A DNA stretch of 64,000 nucleotides from Phoronis australis (GCA_002633005.1 NMRA01000562.1:46206-110205), one strand, 5' to 3'. Shown: positions 13,401 to 26,628, counted from the stretch's first letter. Notes: generated from the letters alone by a model not told the origin. Numbers and translations: made by a program.

Positions 13401-13750
13401 GGCCCGGTCTCCAATCTCCGTACTCAGACTCATACTCATACTCGAGATTTCATACTCAAAATCGTGCTCACTGGAGTCGTACTCAAAAAAGCGTATCTAA
13501 TGTCGGATTTCGAGTAGACTCCAAACGTACTCAAATCTGACACTCATACTCGAGTTGCTATGGAACTCTTTATGATGTGAAATGCAAAATCACGCAAAGC
13601 CGCGCTGATTCATCGCTNGCTCGAAATTTCGAGTACAGATTTTTCGAGTATGACATTGAATACACCAAAGCTGAGTCTGTACTCGAGTTGAGTATGAAGT
13701 GTGAGTTTGAGCATGATTCGAGTCTGAGTACGGAGATTGGAGACCGGGCC
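13401..13750. mobile_element. PIF/Harbinger-type MITE nested in the Penelope relic
   Basis: Perfect TIRs ggcccggtctccaatctccgtactcagactc / gagtctgagtacggagattggagaccgggcc; internal (c/g)tactc and gagta repeats; flanked by CAG and CTG (CWG). Confidence 0.85.
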
Positions 13751-16700
13751 CTGGTCTGAAATCCCTGGCACAAAAGGTAATGTTATCCTGATGTCTCTCC
13801 TGTTGTCAGGCTGCGTGTTCTGTGGCCTGACCCCGCGATGGTATGCCTCGTGGAATGACCGCCGAGTCAGGATAGCTACATCTGTTTAACGCTGTTCTGT
13901 TGTAATCCAATTCAACATCAATGTTCTCCTCTGTGTTGGGGGTGGTTTTCGCACGATAGACCAGTGTTCTAATCACGCCCAGTTTGTGTATCAAAGGGTG
14001 GTTGGAGTCAAACGGAAGATAGTAGTCCGTGTGAGTGGGCTTCCTATAAACCTTGGTCGGAGTTTTCACAACCACCACAATAGCAACTCCTCGCCATTCT
14101 TTATTATATCACACACCACGGGAAAACGAACAGCATATATCTGACACTAAACGCAATGGAGGATACCTAGTGCTGTTTTGTTTTCCCAATTCTACGCAAT
14201 ATGTATCCTTTAGTGAATGCTCGTAAGTCGAGGTCACCTAATTAACATGTCACCAGATAGTGTTCTAATATGATAGGTGATCCACAGATCCGCCTGTTTT
14301 TGATTTTGATATGGAATTTGGGGATTTAAACACGAAGCCACGCCCCTGTTACGGAAATTTTAAAGAATCGAGAGTAAATCATTGCCTTCATCAAAAAAGT
14401 TAAGCATGGGCAGAGCTCTGATTACATTTTAGCGATCGGCCCAGCGGCTACATTAGACTTGGTTCTTCCGTTCCTGAAGTACCTCCCAGGTGATGTTCTT
14501 GGCCTGAAAGCGATTACAGCTCGAGTAAACATTTTTGACAGCTACATTCGCGACATCATTGAAGACTACAAGGTGTCGCTAAATCCGGACAACGCCAGAG
14601 ATTTTCTTGACGTTTATCTTCTTCAACTTAAAGAATTAAAGCCAGATGAGGACACATTCTTTTCTGGCTTGTTTTTATTATGCGTTATATGTACTGAATA
14701 TCAGTTTAAAGTTTCGTCTAAACTATTGCGAGTCATTAAACAGCGCAAGTGTTTTGAAGCAGCTATAATCCCGCGTTCCGTCCGAGACACAAACGTTGAT
14801 AAAATTGATCTCCTCTTGTTTCTTACTAAAATAAGATGGTATTTCTGAGTTTACAAAGACCTGTCGAGGTCTTACTCGGCCCATAAAACGACACGCCGTG
14901 ACAAACCAACATGTAGATCATAATCTTAAGGAATAACAAAGCGGTAACTCGTCGCCAATTTCACTTGGGAGTAATTCGAGACCAGTTTCATAATGGTAAA
15001 TGGTGAAAGTCAAAAGTTGTATTTTATGACGGAACGTGGCTTTATGGCCGTTTAAAGTATGAAATTTCTGTTCTCTGTAAATTCTTTAAAAACGTTGCTT
15101 TCACTGCATGTGTCTTTTTGAGAACACTAGGCAATAGATTACCTACCTGTAGTTGATGCTGGCTAGCCTGTGAAAGTTATGCGCAAATTATGCGTAATCG
15201 GCGTGGTTTTGCGTTCAGATCAGATGAGAATACGGATACGCATGAACCTTGGAAAGGGGTATTTCGTCTATTATAGTAACTGCATTTTCTACAATTTCCA
15301 GAAGTACAACTAGGCAAAATTCTTGGTGACTTGTTTGTGGCTGGACTAGTGAAACAACATCGGCGGCTGTTCGCTGGATTCTTTTATATCTCATCATTTA
15401 CCCGGAAATTCAAAAGAAATCGCGCGCTGAAGTTGATGACGTCATTGGCGACCGGACGCCGTCAGTTCGGGATCGACCCAACTTACCCTACACTGAAGCT
15501 GTTATTATGGAGGCCCATCAAATCGGCATGATCGCTACAACGGGAATACCACACGCCGCTCTGGAAGACACTACATTTCGAGGATATTCAGTTCCAAAGG
15601 GGACTGCGTTCATTGCCAATATGGCTTCTATATTCATGAATGAAAACGAGTTTCCAGAACCAGACAAGTTCGACCCCACGCGTTATCTCGACAACCAAGG
15701 CAAGGTCAACAAGGCTGCGTGTGAGAAGGTGATACCATTTGGTATAGGTAAGTTGAAGAAGTCGTCGACGTATAAGCACGTTTTATCATACTGTTAACAA
15801 TTGTAGTTTTCGGTCTCTACTGCAAAAGGAAACAAACAACACGTGACTTGATATTAATCTCTGTCATATTTACAGTACAACACTCGTCAAAGCGTGTCTT
15901 TTCAATTTAAAATATAATCATGGCTAATTTACTATTTTTCAGTTGATGATGTTTATAGTTAAAACATGTAAATATGACATCGATTAATGCCAGAACGTTT
16001 GTTGTATCCTCTAATCTCCCAGCAGGTATCTATTAAGCTAGGTAACTTGAAATTGCGTGTTACAGTTACTGATAGTATTCAACAATGTGAGTTTGGCAAT
16101 TTGTTGTCTGAAACATATAGCTTGTACTGCGACACGCCTTCCATCCACTAACTTTTGATTTAGGCCATTTACCTTCATGAAGTCGGTCTCAAGTTGTCCC
16201 ATTGTCAGACTGAAGGTGATTTCAGGGCTTTGGCGAGCTGACATTTCGAAATTGCTTGAGATCAACATGCTATACAAGTTGACTTGTCACTTTCTGCGTA
16301 TCATTTTATGCGCCGAGCATGGGATTGGGCGGACTGACAGTGCCTTGTAAACCCAGAAATCAAATTTCATTTGAGTAAGAAACACGCTGAAACCATTTTA
16401 ATATACACTAATGGCGTAAATCTGAAATTCGCATCTTGGACGGAAAGCGGATTTATATCCGGTATAAGTTTTGAAAATCGTCAGTCATGCTTAAGATGGG
16501 GTGGTTGCCTAGCGACAACGTTATGCGAATGAGTGAGATTAAGGTTCGTAAAACTATTAATGGGCATCAGCTCGGATCTCTTTAGTTTATTTACATGAAA
16601 AGATAGTTATTGGCAAAATTTTGTTGTTAATATTCGCATTCATCGAGTTTCATCTTTGAGGTCACCTCTCTGGAGCACTTGCATTTAGGTGACCTCTGCT

Positions 16701-19700
16701 AGACATCGTTTCTTCAGAGACGGAGTGGGATAAGGTAGTGTTTCTTATGTTTGACAGGTCGTCGCATTTGTCTCGGAGAATCCCTAGCCAGAATGGAACT
16801 GACTTTGTATTTGACGTCCATGCTTCAACGATTTGTGTTTACTGTGCCGGAAGGACAACCGGTTCCTTCTGCCATAGGTCGCCAGGGATTTTCGCGGATT
16901 CCTCACCCATATGAAATGTGTGTGATAAAGAGAAAAAAATAACGAGCGTACACTGGTTCATACTGAGAGTGGGCTCTCAGAACTGATGGAAGTATGTGGT
17001 GAAACACAGGTTTTTTCACTCTCCGATGAAGAAGTTATGAAAAGTCTTTCCTCTTCACAGCCTAATGGCCATGGGAATCATGATTTGGTTTGATTGGCTT
17101 AAAAAACTGCGGGTCCTAAAGTTTCCAGTGCCAAGATAACAATTGACCTTTTAAGGATGACAAAAAATGATGCATTCGCATCCCCGTGCCTAAATTTGGA
17201 GACTTAAGGCCTAATCCATAAACCATGAGAAAGTATTAGGCAGGCGATCACCTACTCAGTAAGCTGGCACTTGATTTTGGATTACTACCGGTCTGCCATG
17301 ATGAACTGGACACCTGGCTGGTTAAAATACCCCCAAAAGAAGTCATCTTTACAAATCGCATAATTATCTAAATGTTGCTACATTCGTTGCATCTGAGAAA
17401 ACCGCTATCCCACAATCCTTTGTGACTATGATGTCTCGCGCTGTCCGCATGGATTTTTACCATCAAAAGGAATTGCCAGATTGCGCCTGCTTGATAGCAT
17501 ACCGCTTTGAAAGGTTTTGCTTGCCCTGTCAGATCGGATGACGGTCATTCTAACTTGCCAGTATATCAAGTGATCCGTCTGGGAACGGAATGGATAGATT
17601 TGAGACATATTTTATGTGGCTGAGAAACTCAGTTGGTTGTGATAGTTTTAGACTCTTTCTAAACTGACTGATTCGATTACCTTTAAAGATTTACACCCGT
17701 ACTTGTCCAAGTTTCATAAACGTATATTAAGTTCATATAAATGTAACTTGTAATGGCATCAAAAGCGCCTCCCACGAACTCCCCGCAATAGTTAATTTGT
17801 CGCCTGTAGTCGCAAATTAATTAACGGAGCAGATGTTCAGATCGACGCGGACTAAACTGAAGACTGTCTCATACAAGTGTCCTTTTGATGAATGCATGCC
17901 ACTGTTTGGACAACACAGGGTCTTCATATATTACAAGGGTGAAATAGTCGTATTTTAGCGTCATCGACTAATCGAAGTTATTCTCTGTTCACGTCACGTG
18001 GCGCGAATCTACCAGGTTGTCTATTTGCAAAACGCGTAGCTAGAGGTGAAATACTGTTTTGCTGTGAGGAGGTTTGCCTATAATTTATGTGACTTCTCTA
18101 ATTATAATTCTACAAAATGAGATTTTTTAAATTTCTAAAATACTAGCATATACATAGTTTGTATCTTAGTGATTCACTAATGTTTAAAACCTTCAAGATT
18201 GCAACTATTTTTGTGGGTCTCTGTTATTGCCACCCATCAAATACAGGCCAGTTCAATTATCAAATTTATAAACGGACATGTGATTATTTTGGTATAGATT
18301 CGACGACATTTACAGCTAAAACCATGTCCCGTTTTAGCTCTTTAGGAGATCGCGTAATATTTAACTAAATAACAAGCTGTAAACTTGAACGTCTTATGAA
18401 GCTCAAATAGTAAATAGTAATATATTAATATATAACTTGATATTCAACTGGAATGATTTTTATAAAAATATTTAGAATTTACAATGAATTTACAAACGGT
18501 ATTCCATACTCGAGTGCTGACAAAAATTGATAAAACTTGCTTGTTTAACTGTAAACATTTGTAACAGTTGACTGTTTACCATTTCTTTGCCATTAAATAA
18601 CACATTTTTAATAAAGAAACACCAGGAAGAGATTTCTGGAAACAGTAATATTTGTTCTTCATGTCGATAATATCAAGTGCAATCAAATGTTTCTGTGTTA
18701 AATACTGATGACAGTATTTTAGGGGGCTCTCTAAGATCCTTAATTCTATTATATACAATGCTATATGGATGGCCTGCAGAAAAGTTTTCAAAATTGTACA
18801 GTATTTCATAGGGATTTGTGGACATGTAATGGCTTGAATCCGAGCTCAAAATGTTAGGTATTAACTACTACATTAATTTAGCGAACATGGTTACCGATAA
18901 TTTTGTGAAATCAACTGTTTGATTCAGCTGTGATGTAGAAGCAAACTGACAACGTTTGGGGTATTACTGTCATCTTGTAATTACAAAAAGTGTAGATATT
19001 TTAACTCTGTTATCCAGCCCACTTGTCTCCGTATTTAATAATCTTCATTAAGTATTTTAAACATTAATATGGGACAACAAGATGGAAAAAAGAAATGATT
19101 TGGTTAAAAGAGAAGAGAAATTAAGCATTACTTTTTGAATGTGTAAAATTGCTCAAAAGCGAGAGAGGTTTTAAAGGCTTAAAACTAATCGTTTATGATA
19201 TTGAATACCATGAAAGCAAATCTCGAAACGGTAACCCTTTTTGATAGAAAGGGTGAGTTTTTGGTCGAGCCGTGTTTACAAGTCTGTGATGTAACATGAA
19301 GTAAAAGTTGGAGGCAAGTCCTATTTTAGAGTATATGTCATTTATTAAACCAGCGAAATCCTTTCTCTATGTAATACCTTTAGACTAAACGTGTTAAGTA
19401 AGATAATTGGTCGGCTAAATGCCATTTGGTATTTGTAATATAATGACACAACTCAGGCTGTAAAACTGTTTATAGTTTACTTTGTAAAAGTCTGGGTAAT
19501 ACTGCACCAACAGCTCAACTCAAGCTTACTGAACAAGTGTTTGCCTCTTATGAAGCAACATGTGGAACAATGTTATACAGTACTTTTTCGAGGTACCCTA
19601 GAAACAACCCTTTTTATATATTTTTGTATAAAAAGGTGGCGGGTATACGTTTGCAGTAGGGGGCGGGGGTTAGGATTCGCGTAGCGCCGAGCGGTAGTGG

Positions 19701-19916
19701 GGGGAGGCCTCTCCCGTATAAGAGAGTTTTTGTTATTGTAGCCAAATAGTGCAATTTCCATGCATCCTGGCGAGACTGTGGCAGTTAACATGTCTCTGAT
19801 TTAAAACCCCGTGTATGAGTCACGCCACCAGTAAGATTTTAGTTGGAACTTCCGTCTACACACACCGATTTTTAGCATACGAAAAGTCGTATATGAAAAA
19901 ATGTGGTGTTCATGTA

Positions 19917-21790
19917 CATGGGCGGCGCACCGTAGGGGACTGTGGGGCTATAGCTGCGCCGACTATGAATCCTGGTTTAGACTACTAACAAATGAAGAGC
20001 ATAAGGAGCACTGACAGTGGTGATCTCAGCGCATAGTCTGTTATTAAAAGCGACAATAAACACTGAACAACCACTTAATTAAGCCGAGAGAACAGAAGTA
20101 TATTGAGGGCCAACCTCTACAAAATAAGCTGGCCTGGTGCGTCGCGAGACCAAAAGTACACTATGCAAAATATTTGAATTGAAAACTGTTCCCAAGACCC
20201 TTTTCATTCCCGGTCGTTGCTCATACACGTATTTTATGATGTTGCATCTTGCCGTTATTCAATGGCAAAACTTGCCGCACATTCAGTCAAACAAGATAGA
20301 CTTGCAGAACACATACCTTAGGTTACTCTGGAGAAAGCGCTTACGTAGACGGTATTTCCATCGGTGATAACCCTTTCCTCAGACATAATAGCACTCAAAT
20401 GTATTTTCAGACGCCTGAGCACAGAAAATGATCTCTCTGCCTCACATGATCTAATAGGGATACATATTCTATCAATATCAGCTCCCTGACATTTGTAAAG
20501 ATGTCTTGCTTGAGTGTGGAACGCAATTACCTTGGTAATTCCCCTCAACTTTGAGCATTTCAGAAGGACCATCAGCGTTAGAGCCGAGTCTCGCTGAAAT
20601 AATTCTTCCACTTTTACATAGGACAATCTGTACTTTAGCAGAAAACACAACGTGTTACTCAAAATGTCTATAGTCAGAAAGGAGTCGACTACCTTCAGGG
20701 AATCTGGTGATGGCAAGTCTATATCCCAGAAATGTAGCCGATCCTCCAGTGAGTCCAAGTCTACATTCCTCATTCTGCTAAACACCAATGGCACAAGAAA
20801 TGACAGCTTCCACCAACCTGCTGTCTTTCTAGAATCTGGTGGTCAGCTGATGTGACAGGTTGTCTAGGAAGGGTATTTCCACTGTTCTTTTGTAGTACTC
20901 ACTAGAAGAAACAAATATTGACGACAAATTTAACTACTCACCATGTGACATAGATTTTGGTTATGAATCAGATAAAGAGCCAAGTGGAAATACAAACTAG
21001 AAACAGTACCTGTGCGCTCGTAGACCCTGTGCTTTACTGGGTAAATTTGGTATGTCCTAAAATAATTTCTAGTTCGTTCTCATTGTACGCAAGCAGCAAA
21101 GTTGAAAGTAAGTCAGAAAACCGTCATTATGTACAAAATGTGTAGAATTATAATTTATTATCTGTTTCTGCAGGAACGTTAGCCTTCTGCTTCTGGTGTC
21201 TGGACTGTCGAGGAATCTGAATATCAGATCCAATGTTCTCAGCTTTCGTTTGCGCGTCTTGGAACCATTCAGCTCAGACACAGATCTTCGATGTTTGTTC
21301 TTTAATGCTAGCACTTCGTCAACTGCTGTGTCAATGAACTTGTAAGCCTCTACAATGTCAGCATCTCGTTTTTACAGCTTTGTACTAAGCCCCTTGAGGT
21401 TGTCGAGTATATTCAAAAGAGTTACAAGCGGAGCTATATTTGACCCGTTCATCATGGACTGCTTCAAACTTTGCACTTCTGTCGCAAACGATGTATCCCA
21501 CAACCAATTTTCATCTTTTAAAATTTTCCGAACAAATGTCCCAATGTCTGAACACTTGAAACGCGAAGTTGTAACACCGGGTGGGCCTTTCTTCGCAAAG
21601 TCCCGTTATAGCTAAGACGGCAGTGATGCTTATTCTGGGTAGAAAGGCGGTTGGTTGCTGGGTTCAGAACCACTGGGCTCTTTAGGAGGCCTACTGAACA
21701 CTGCTCGAGTCCTGCCACGCTGAAAAAGTAGAACCTTCCGCTATTTCTGGTACTGTTTGCGAATGCGGTCACCTTGTCAATATGAGTACC
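19917..21790 (-). mobile_element. hAT (Tip100/P52rIPK-like) DNA transposon relic with degraded transposase
   Basis: Minus-strand peptides: LNILDNLKGLSTKL*KRDADIVEAYKFID; SEYYKRTVEIPFLDNLSHQLTTRF*; IPIRSCEAERSFSVLRRLKIHLSAIMSEER (hAT C-terminal dimerisation motif). Candidate terminus catgggcggcgc at 19917; outer boundaries approximate. Confidence 0.85.
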
Positions 21791-21947
21791 CCCGGGTTCA
21801 TTCCTTGTACAGGGCTAACTTCCTAGGATGTATCTTGAAACGGAAACGGCCAAACCACAATACCCGCCAAACGGCCCTTACAAAGAATCAAACAATTTTT
21901 CGGAAAACGAGTTGATCGTTTTTTAAAATATGCACATTACATGTACA

Positions 21948-22103
21948 CAGTGCTGTAGTGGGGCGTAGGCGCACGTAGGCGCAGCCAACCACCTTTTGGC
22001 ATTTGAGCGTATCGCCTACGCACCGTAAGTTACGTTTAGTGCTCAAGGTGATACGGTGGGCTTTGGGCGCCTACTTACTTCTAATTGTACCACTACAGCC
22101 CTG
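21948..22103. mobile_element. hAT-type MITE (156 bp) with 8-bp TSD
   Basis: TIRs cagtgctgtagtgg / ccactacagccctg; perfect 8-bp direct repeat catgtaca at 21940-21947 and 22104-22111. Confidence 0.88.
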
Positions 22104-24429
22104 CATGTACAAATTAAGTTACAAACGTGTGAAGTGTAATAGCATGGCAAGGCATGACACTGAGATGAGGTAAAACGTTGCACGTCGATTCACCTGAATA
22201 TCAGGGTTGCAGTACCACAATATTTTCCCTAATAAATTCAAAATATATCTTAGGGTAAAGACTCTAGTTACCCAATAAATCAGCTATAAATCTGCTTTTT
22301 TCCGCGGTGGGTCAATCTAAAATGCTTGGCTACTTAAGAAGTGTCCATGGAAGCGCTTTCAAAATTGAACACCGCGCGACTTGCCGATGAGTCACGAAAA
22401 CTTGAAATGCGTTGCTTTACGTGATTACAACAAATCCCCCCTCAGATTTTTCGAGGTGGATTAGTTGGGGTTCACTCAGGCTGGTGGTGTCTTTATTTTG
22501 CTAGCGACGTTTTTAATTTTTTTTGATCCTGTCCCAACGGGGGGGGGGTTAAACCCCTGAAGCGTATCCCCGTAGATCCGCCACTGTAAAATTTTCATTA
22601 TTCTTAAATGATGACCTGGCTTTACTTGTATTCTATCTCCGACTAAGCTTGTATCCGGCACGTTGCTAAATGATACAAACTTCTGTATTACTAAAAGTGT
22701 ATCACTTTCTGGGAAATTTTCGAAACAGAAGACAATTTTTTACCCAGGATTCTTAGTTTTATTGGCACGTTGCAACATTGATTCATTCATTGTCAGAAAT
22801 TGCAACAATTCTCTTGTGTGCCACCGTATAGTGACACGTTCAGTGCTTCATTTAATAACTTTTAACACAAATATCTCTGCACATGCAAACTTCGACGAAA
22901 GGCATCGAATATCCAGTAGTTCAATTCTAAAAGTCTACCAAGGCAGAGAAAAGTTAGTGTATTTGTTTACTTTAAGCACTTTTCACCTTAGCTGACATTC
23001 AGTAGTTAGGCAACACTGCTGCTAATTTCGTCAGCCTGTGATTGTCGAACTGCGGTTGCATCAGACGTTATTCATTTAGAGTGACACGCATATAACGACA
23101 TGGTGGCAGGATCTGGGTCACGACGGTCATATTCGACTATAAGAGAGTCGGTCTTCATATATCGAAGGTAGAGTAATGTTGTGACCTCGGTTCGGCTTAC
23201 ACACACAACTATACTGAAGAATTGAAAACGTAAGTTAACGGGAGTTTGGTGGTAGGCCTAGCGATTATTTACTTAAGCATCGTAGTAGTGTTGTTGCCAA
23301 GCAAATCGCAGACTGGTTGAAGGTAAGTATTTCATGTATCGAACTCTCCATTCAGCCTGATTACAAGAACAAACAAAAGTGACAGGTCAAAATGTAGGCC
23401 GCGAGGCTGGTTTGGTGAATCGACGTACTCCGGTACCAGTGATTCAAGAAATCTGCATGACCACTGCGCACCCGTTCGGCCATAGAACTTTAGCCCAACA
23501 ATGCGAACTCGGATCTCGCGACTGCTGAGGTTGCGCCCGCATGTGTGAGAGTAATTTGCATTCATTTGTTTCGGTGTGTGAACTTGGTATGGAATTCACT
23601 GTCATTAAAACTTTTCGCAACTGCCGTTTTTCAACCGAATTGCATAAGAGCCATATCATTACAAAGTCCTTTGTCAGTTGTTGATGATTATACCAAAAGC
23701 AAAAGATAAATAATCTAATTCATAAGTAATTAGTCCCTTTGCATACCTGACTGGTGTAACAATATTTTGAAATCAAAAACCAAAACTATTACTTATAACA
23801 ACATGTAGCCATGACCAGAGAGGTTATATAAATGACTAGTTAACCATTTAGGTATATAATTTCAACGATTCCAAAGATTTCTACCCTATAAAGACAACGG
23901 TTTTAGAATATGGATCCCTCACACTTGCTGTGGACAATTTAGCCAAGCTTTCATTCAAAATTATAACACCTTTGTATATCATGACTATTTGGACCTTTGG
24001 CGCCGTTTGATACAATGACTTTCTTCTGTAAAAATTCAGAGTGCTGTAACATTTACGAGAAGTGCGATAAACTACTTCGAGTATTTATATGAAATTTGCA
24101 GATAAATGTCTTCTGATAGATGAAAATGGGCAAACATATATCACGTGTCATTTGAAACGTCTGTTTTCAGTCCATGCGCAGAAACGGTGATGCAATGTAT
24201 TGGATCATACTGAATTGTAATATAACACTCTGTGTGTGAGTGGATTCATTTTACTCCGGCCCTATTTCTGTATAAGGGTTGGGTGGCTTGTATACAAGGA
24301 ATAATAATCTGTTTAAGAGTTGACTTTTTGCTCATGATCAAACTGTTGTTGCTGCTCATTATGAGTACTTGAAATTCACCGTTACTAATAGAAGGGTTAC
24401 CAGGACTAAACTTGCTTTTTGTCATAACT

Positions 24430-24704
24430 CATGCGCGCACCCTGCCTAAAAATGGTCGGGGGCGGGGGGGGGGGAGGGGCTCGAATTTTTGATAATGTGG
24501 ACCTTTTACTAATTCACGGGTGCGTTCCGAGCTATGGATTGTGCATTCGCCGAATTTTAGTAGTCCCTGCCTTTTTTGTGGACTTTTTTCTCGTTTTCTA
24601 CTTTTTCGGAATTTTTGTTTCTCTGAGGCGGACCTTTTTGCCCTCTTCGCCGAATGAGGGGGGTGAGTTCTAGCCCCCGAGCCCTCCCCGTGGGTGCGAG
24701 CATG
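24430..24704. mobile_element. MITE (275 bp) with 5-bp TSD, hAT5-like
   Basis: TIRs catgcgcgcaccc / gggtgcgagcatg; direct repeat taact at 24425-24429 and 24705-24709; second family member at 8755-9030. Confidence 0.8.
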
Positions 24705-25271
24705 TAACTCGACCGTTTGCTATCATGTATAACACGGTGCTACACGTGTTTTCATGGCACTTTTAGCTTGAAAAGAAAGTGTTGTGGCAATAGAGTTTAG
24801 TTTTTGTATTTTTTCCCCATATAACATGGTGCAAAATTTCAAAGCATCAACGTACAAAAGGTGGGAAAGTATTTTGCTGTTTCGGCAGTAAGACTGCTGC
24901 AATTCAGTCGCTTGCAAGAATTGTTGTAAAGCCTCCTCATCCCCCTTGACCTCCACGACCCACTACCCCGTCGACCCACTATACTCGCGGCAATAGAGGT
25001 ATCTTTGCGCTTTTTACACATTTCATAATCTGAGTGACTTCCTCATAAGACTTACCTACACGAATCTGCGCTGGCTCAAAATTGATGGTTAAAAATAGAA
25101 AGTGATGTAAGAACAGGATTTGAAAGAGCAGGTTGTGAGTGTGTTATCGTAAGTCACGGAAATATTTGATTTGATTTGGTCGCCTTGTTATTTTGCAAAA
25201 TCGCTTCTCTTAATTGCAAAATATGGGGGAAAAGCCAGCCGAGCTCACCACCAGACTCAGTGGTCCTGCAG

Positions 25272-25482
25272 GGCCCGGTCTCTAATCTTTGTACTCGAAA
25301 CTATTTTTGGCAATTTCTCTGCCCCTTTTGTGCGAACTTAAGATAATTGGTTATCAGACTGTGCTCGAATACATTATAGTTTATGCATAGGAGTTTCTAG
25401 TTCAAGTTTGCCCTTGAAGACCCTTATATTCGTACTACAAACGCGAGTAAAAACTCGAAATTTCTAGTTCAAACTCAAACTT
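25272..25482. mobile_element. Truncated, diverged copy of the Harbinger-type MITE at 13401
   Basis: cag|ggcccggtctctaatctttgtactcg resembles the 13401 terminus; no second TIR seen; right boundary approximate. Confidence 0.5.
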
Positions 25483-26199
25483 GTCGAGGGGGTCGTTGGT
25501 CGAGAGGGTCGTCGGTAGAGGGGGCGTTGGGTGTGGGGTGTGAAAGGTGTTTTAGCGCAATACCGCATGCAACGTCTGTTTAACCAGAAGCAGTACATTC
25601 CAGAGATGCTCGGTTTTATGTTCAGCAAGCGAAATGATTTTTCAATGTGATTAATCTGGGTTAATCCCACTCAGAGTAAAATAACATCGACAGAGCGAAT
25701 GTATCCAGAAATTGACCAAACTGTGTGTCATTCATGTGCGTCTTTAATTAATGCCTGACCGGGCCATGTCCTGGGGGCCGCAGGGGTAGGAATGATTCCA
25801 TAGCTGAGAGGCTCTAAATTGTAATGTCGATCACCCAAACCTCTGTCCTAGACCAACAAACACCACAGCCGCGGTACACTTCCACATCCGCTCTCCTAAA
25901 TTCCTCACTCGACCGACAATGCTCTATGTACCCGGTGGTCAAACTCCAAGCCCTGATACCAAACTCCAGACCTGAACCGTAGTGGTGTGGAGCGTCCGGT
26001 TGCATTACACAGTACGAAATAGTTTCTCGACTAAGTTCCCCAAATGTTCTGCGTGTTTGTGTCTGTTTATTCGGACGTGTTACGTTATTCTATCATTTTT
26101 ATTATCAGCTCCTGTTTGACTAGTGACATTTTCGTCTAATGTACTTAAACACTGAGCCATCATTTCAATGAAATTTACTGGAGGGTCTTAGTCTATATA

Positions 26200-26341
26200 C
26201 ATGGGGGGGGGGCGCAGCGCTGAAATAAGTGGGGGATATAGCCCCCCAGCCCCCATAGTGGGCCTCTCATGTCATCATGGGTAGGGCGGCATTGCAATAA
26301 GTGGAGGCTATAGCCTCCACCCACCTATAATGCGCCACATG
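26200..26341. mobile_element. GC-rich hAT-derived MITE remnant
   Basis: catggggg..gcgcagc ... tatagcccc ... aatgcgccacatg, with an internal repeated aataagtgg(g/a)gg(a/c)tatagcc; resembles the terminus at 19917. Confidence 0.45.
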
Positions 26342-26628
26342 AAAAGATCTACATTTCTTTACAATATTATTAAGAATTCGCGGTATGGTAACGAAAATAA
26401 AATTGCAAAAAAGACAAGACAACAAATGCGTGAACAGTTGCGGCCTTGTTGAGTCCCTATTTGAAACTGTTTTATGCAACTTGTCCCCGAGCATGGAGAT
26501 GGATGCCGGGTACGGGATAACTTCATTGCGCGTGTGGTCTAATATTCGAGTTTAGAGGATCGTAGCTGGAATTTAGAGGTGCGACCGTACAGTGCAATCC
26601 TTTTCACCCTTGATGTTGTTTTCCGTAG

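Larger units (their letters stand above)
12800..14080 (-). mobile_element. 5'-truncated Penelope-like retroelement relic (RT C-terminus, GIY-YIG endonuclease, 3' pLTR) in CYP-A intron
   Basis: Minus-strand translation: [32 protein letters not shown]; ITLPFVPGISD; HDISVSFKPINTIRSQLINVKDK; VVYG..CELYIGETKQALKSRISQH; ILDREEN..WFKRGVKEAIY..QGGLRFLLPIKWD. Broken by frameshifts and stops, and interrupted by the MITE at 13401-13750. Confidence 0.9.
7913..16942 (+). pseudogene. Cytochrome P450 clan 2 (CYP2-like) probable pseudogene 'CYP-A'
   Basis: Exons homologous to CYP-B exons 2-7: 7913-8065, 9641-9810, 11302-11417, 14433-14666, 15302-15747, 16758-16942. WxxxR (WNEQRR) and heme motif FGIG/RRICLG are present. 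Defects: exon 4 is 116 vs 118 bp (frameshift, then TGA); exon 5 donor is GC instead of GT; +2 bp in the I-helix (exon 6 is 446 vs 444 bp); ExxR reads EAHQ; no intact exon 1 found. Confidence 0.85.
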
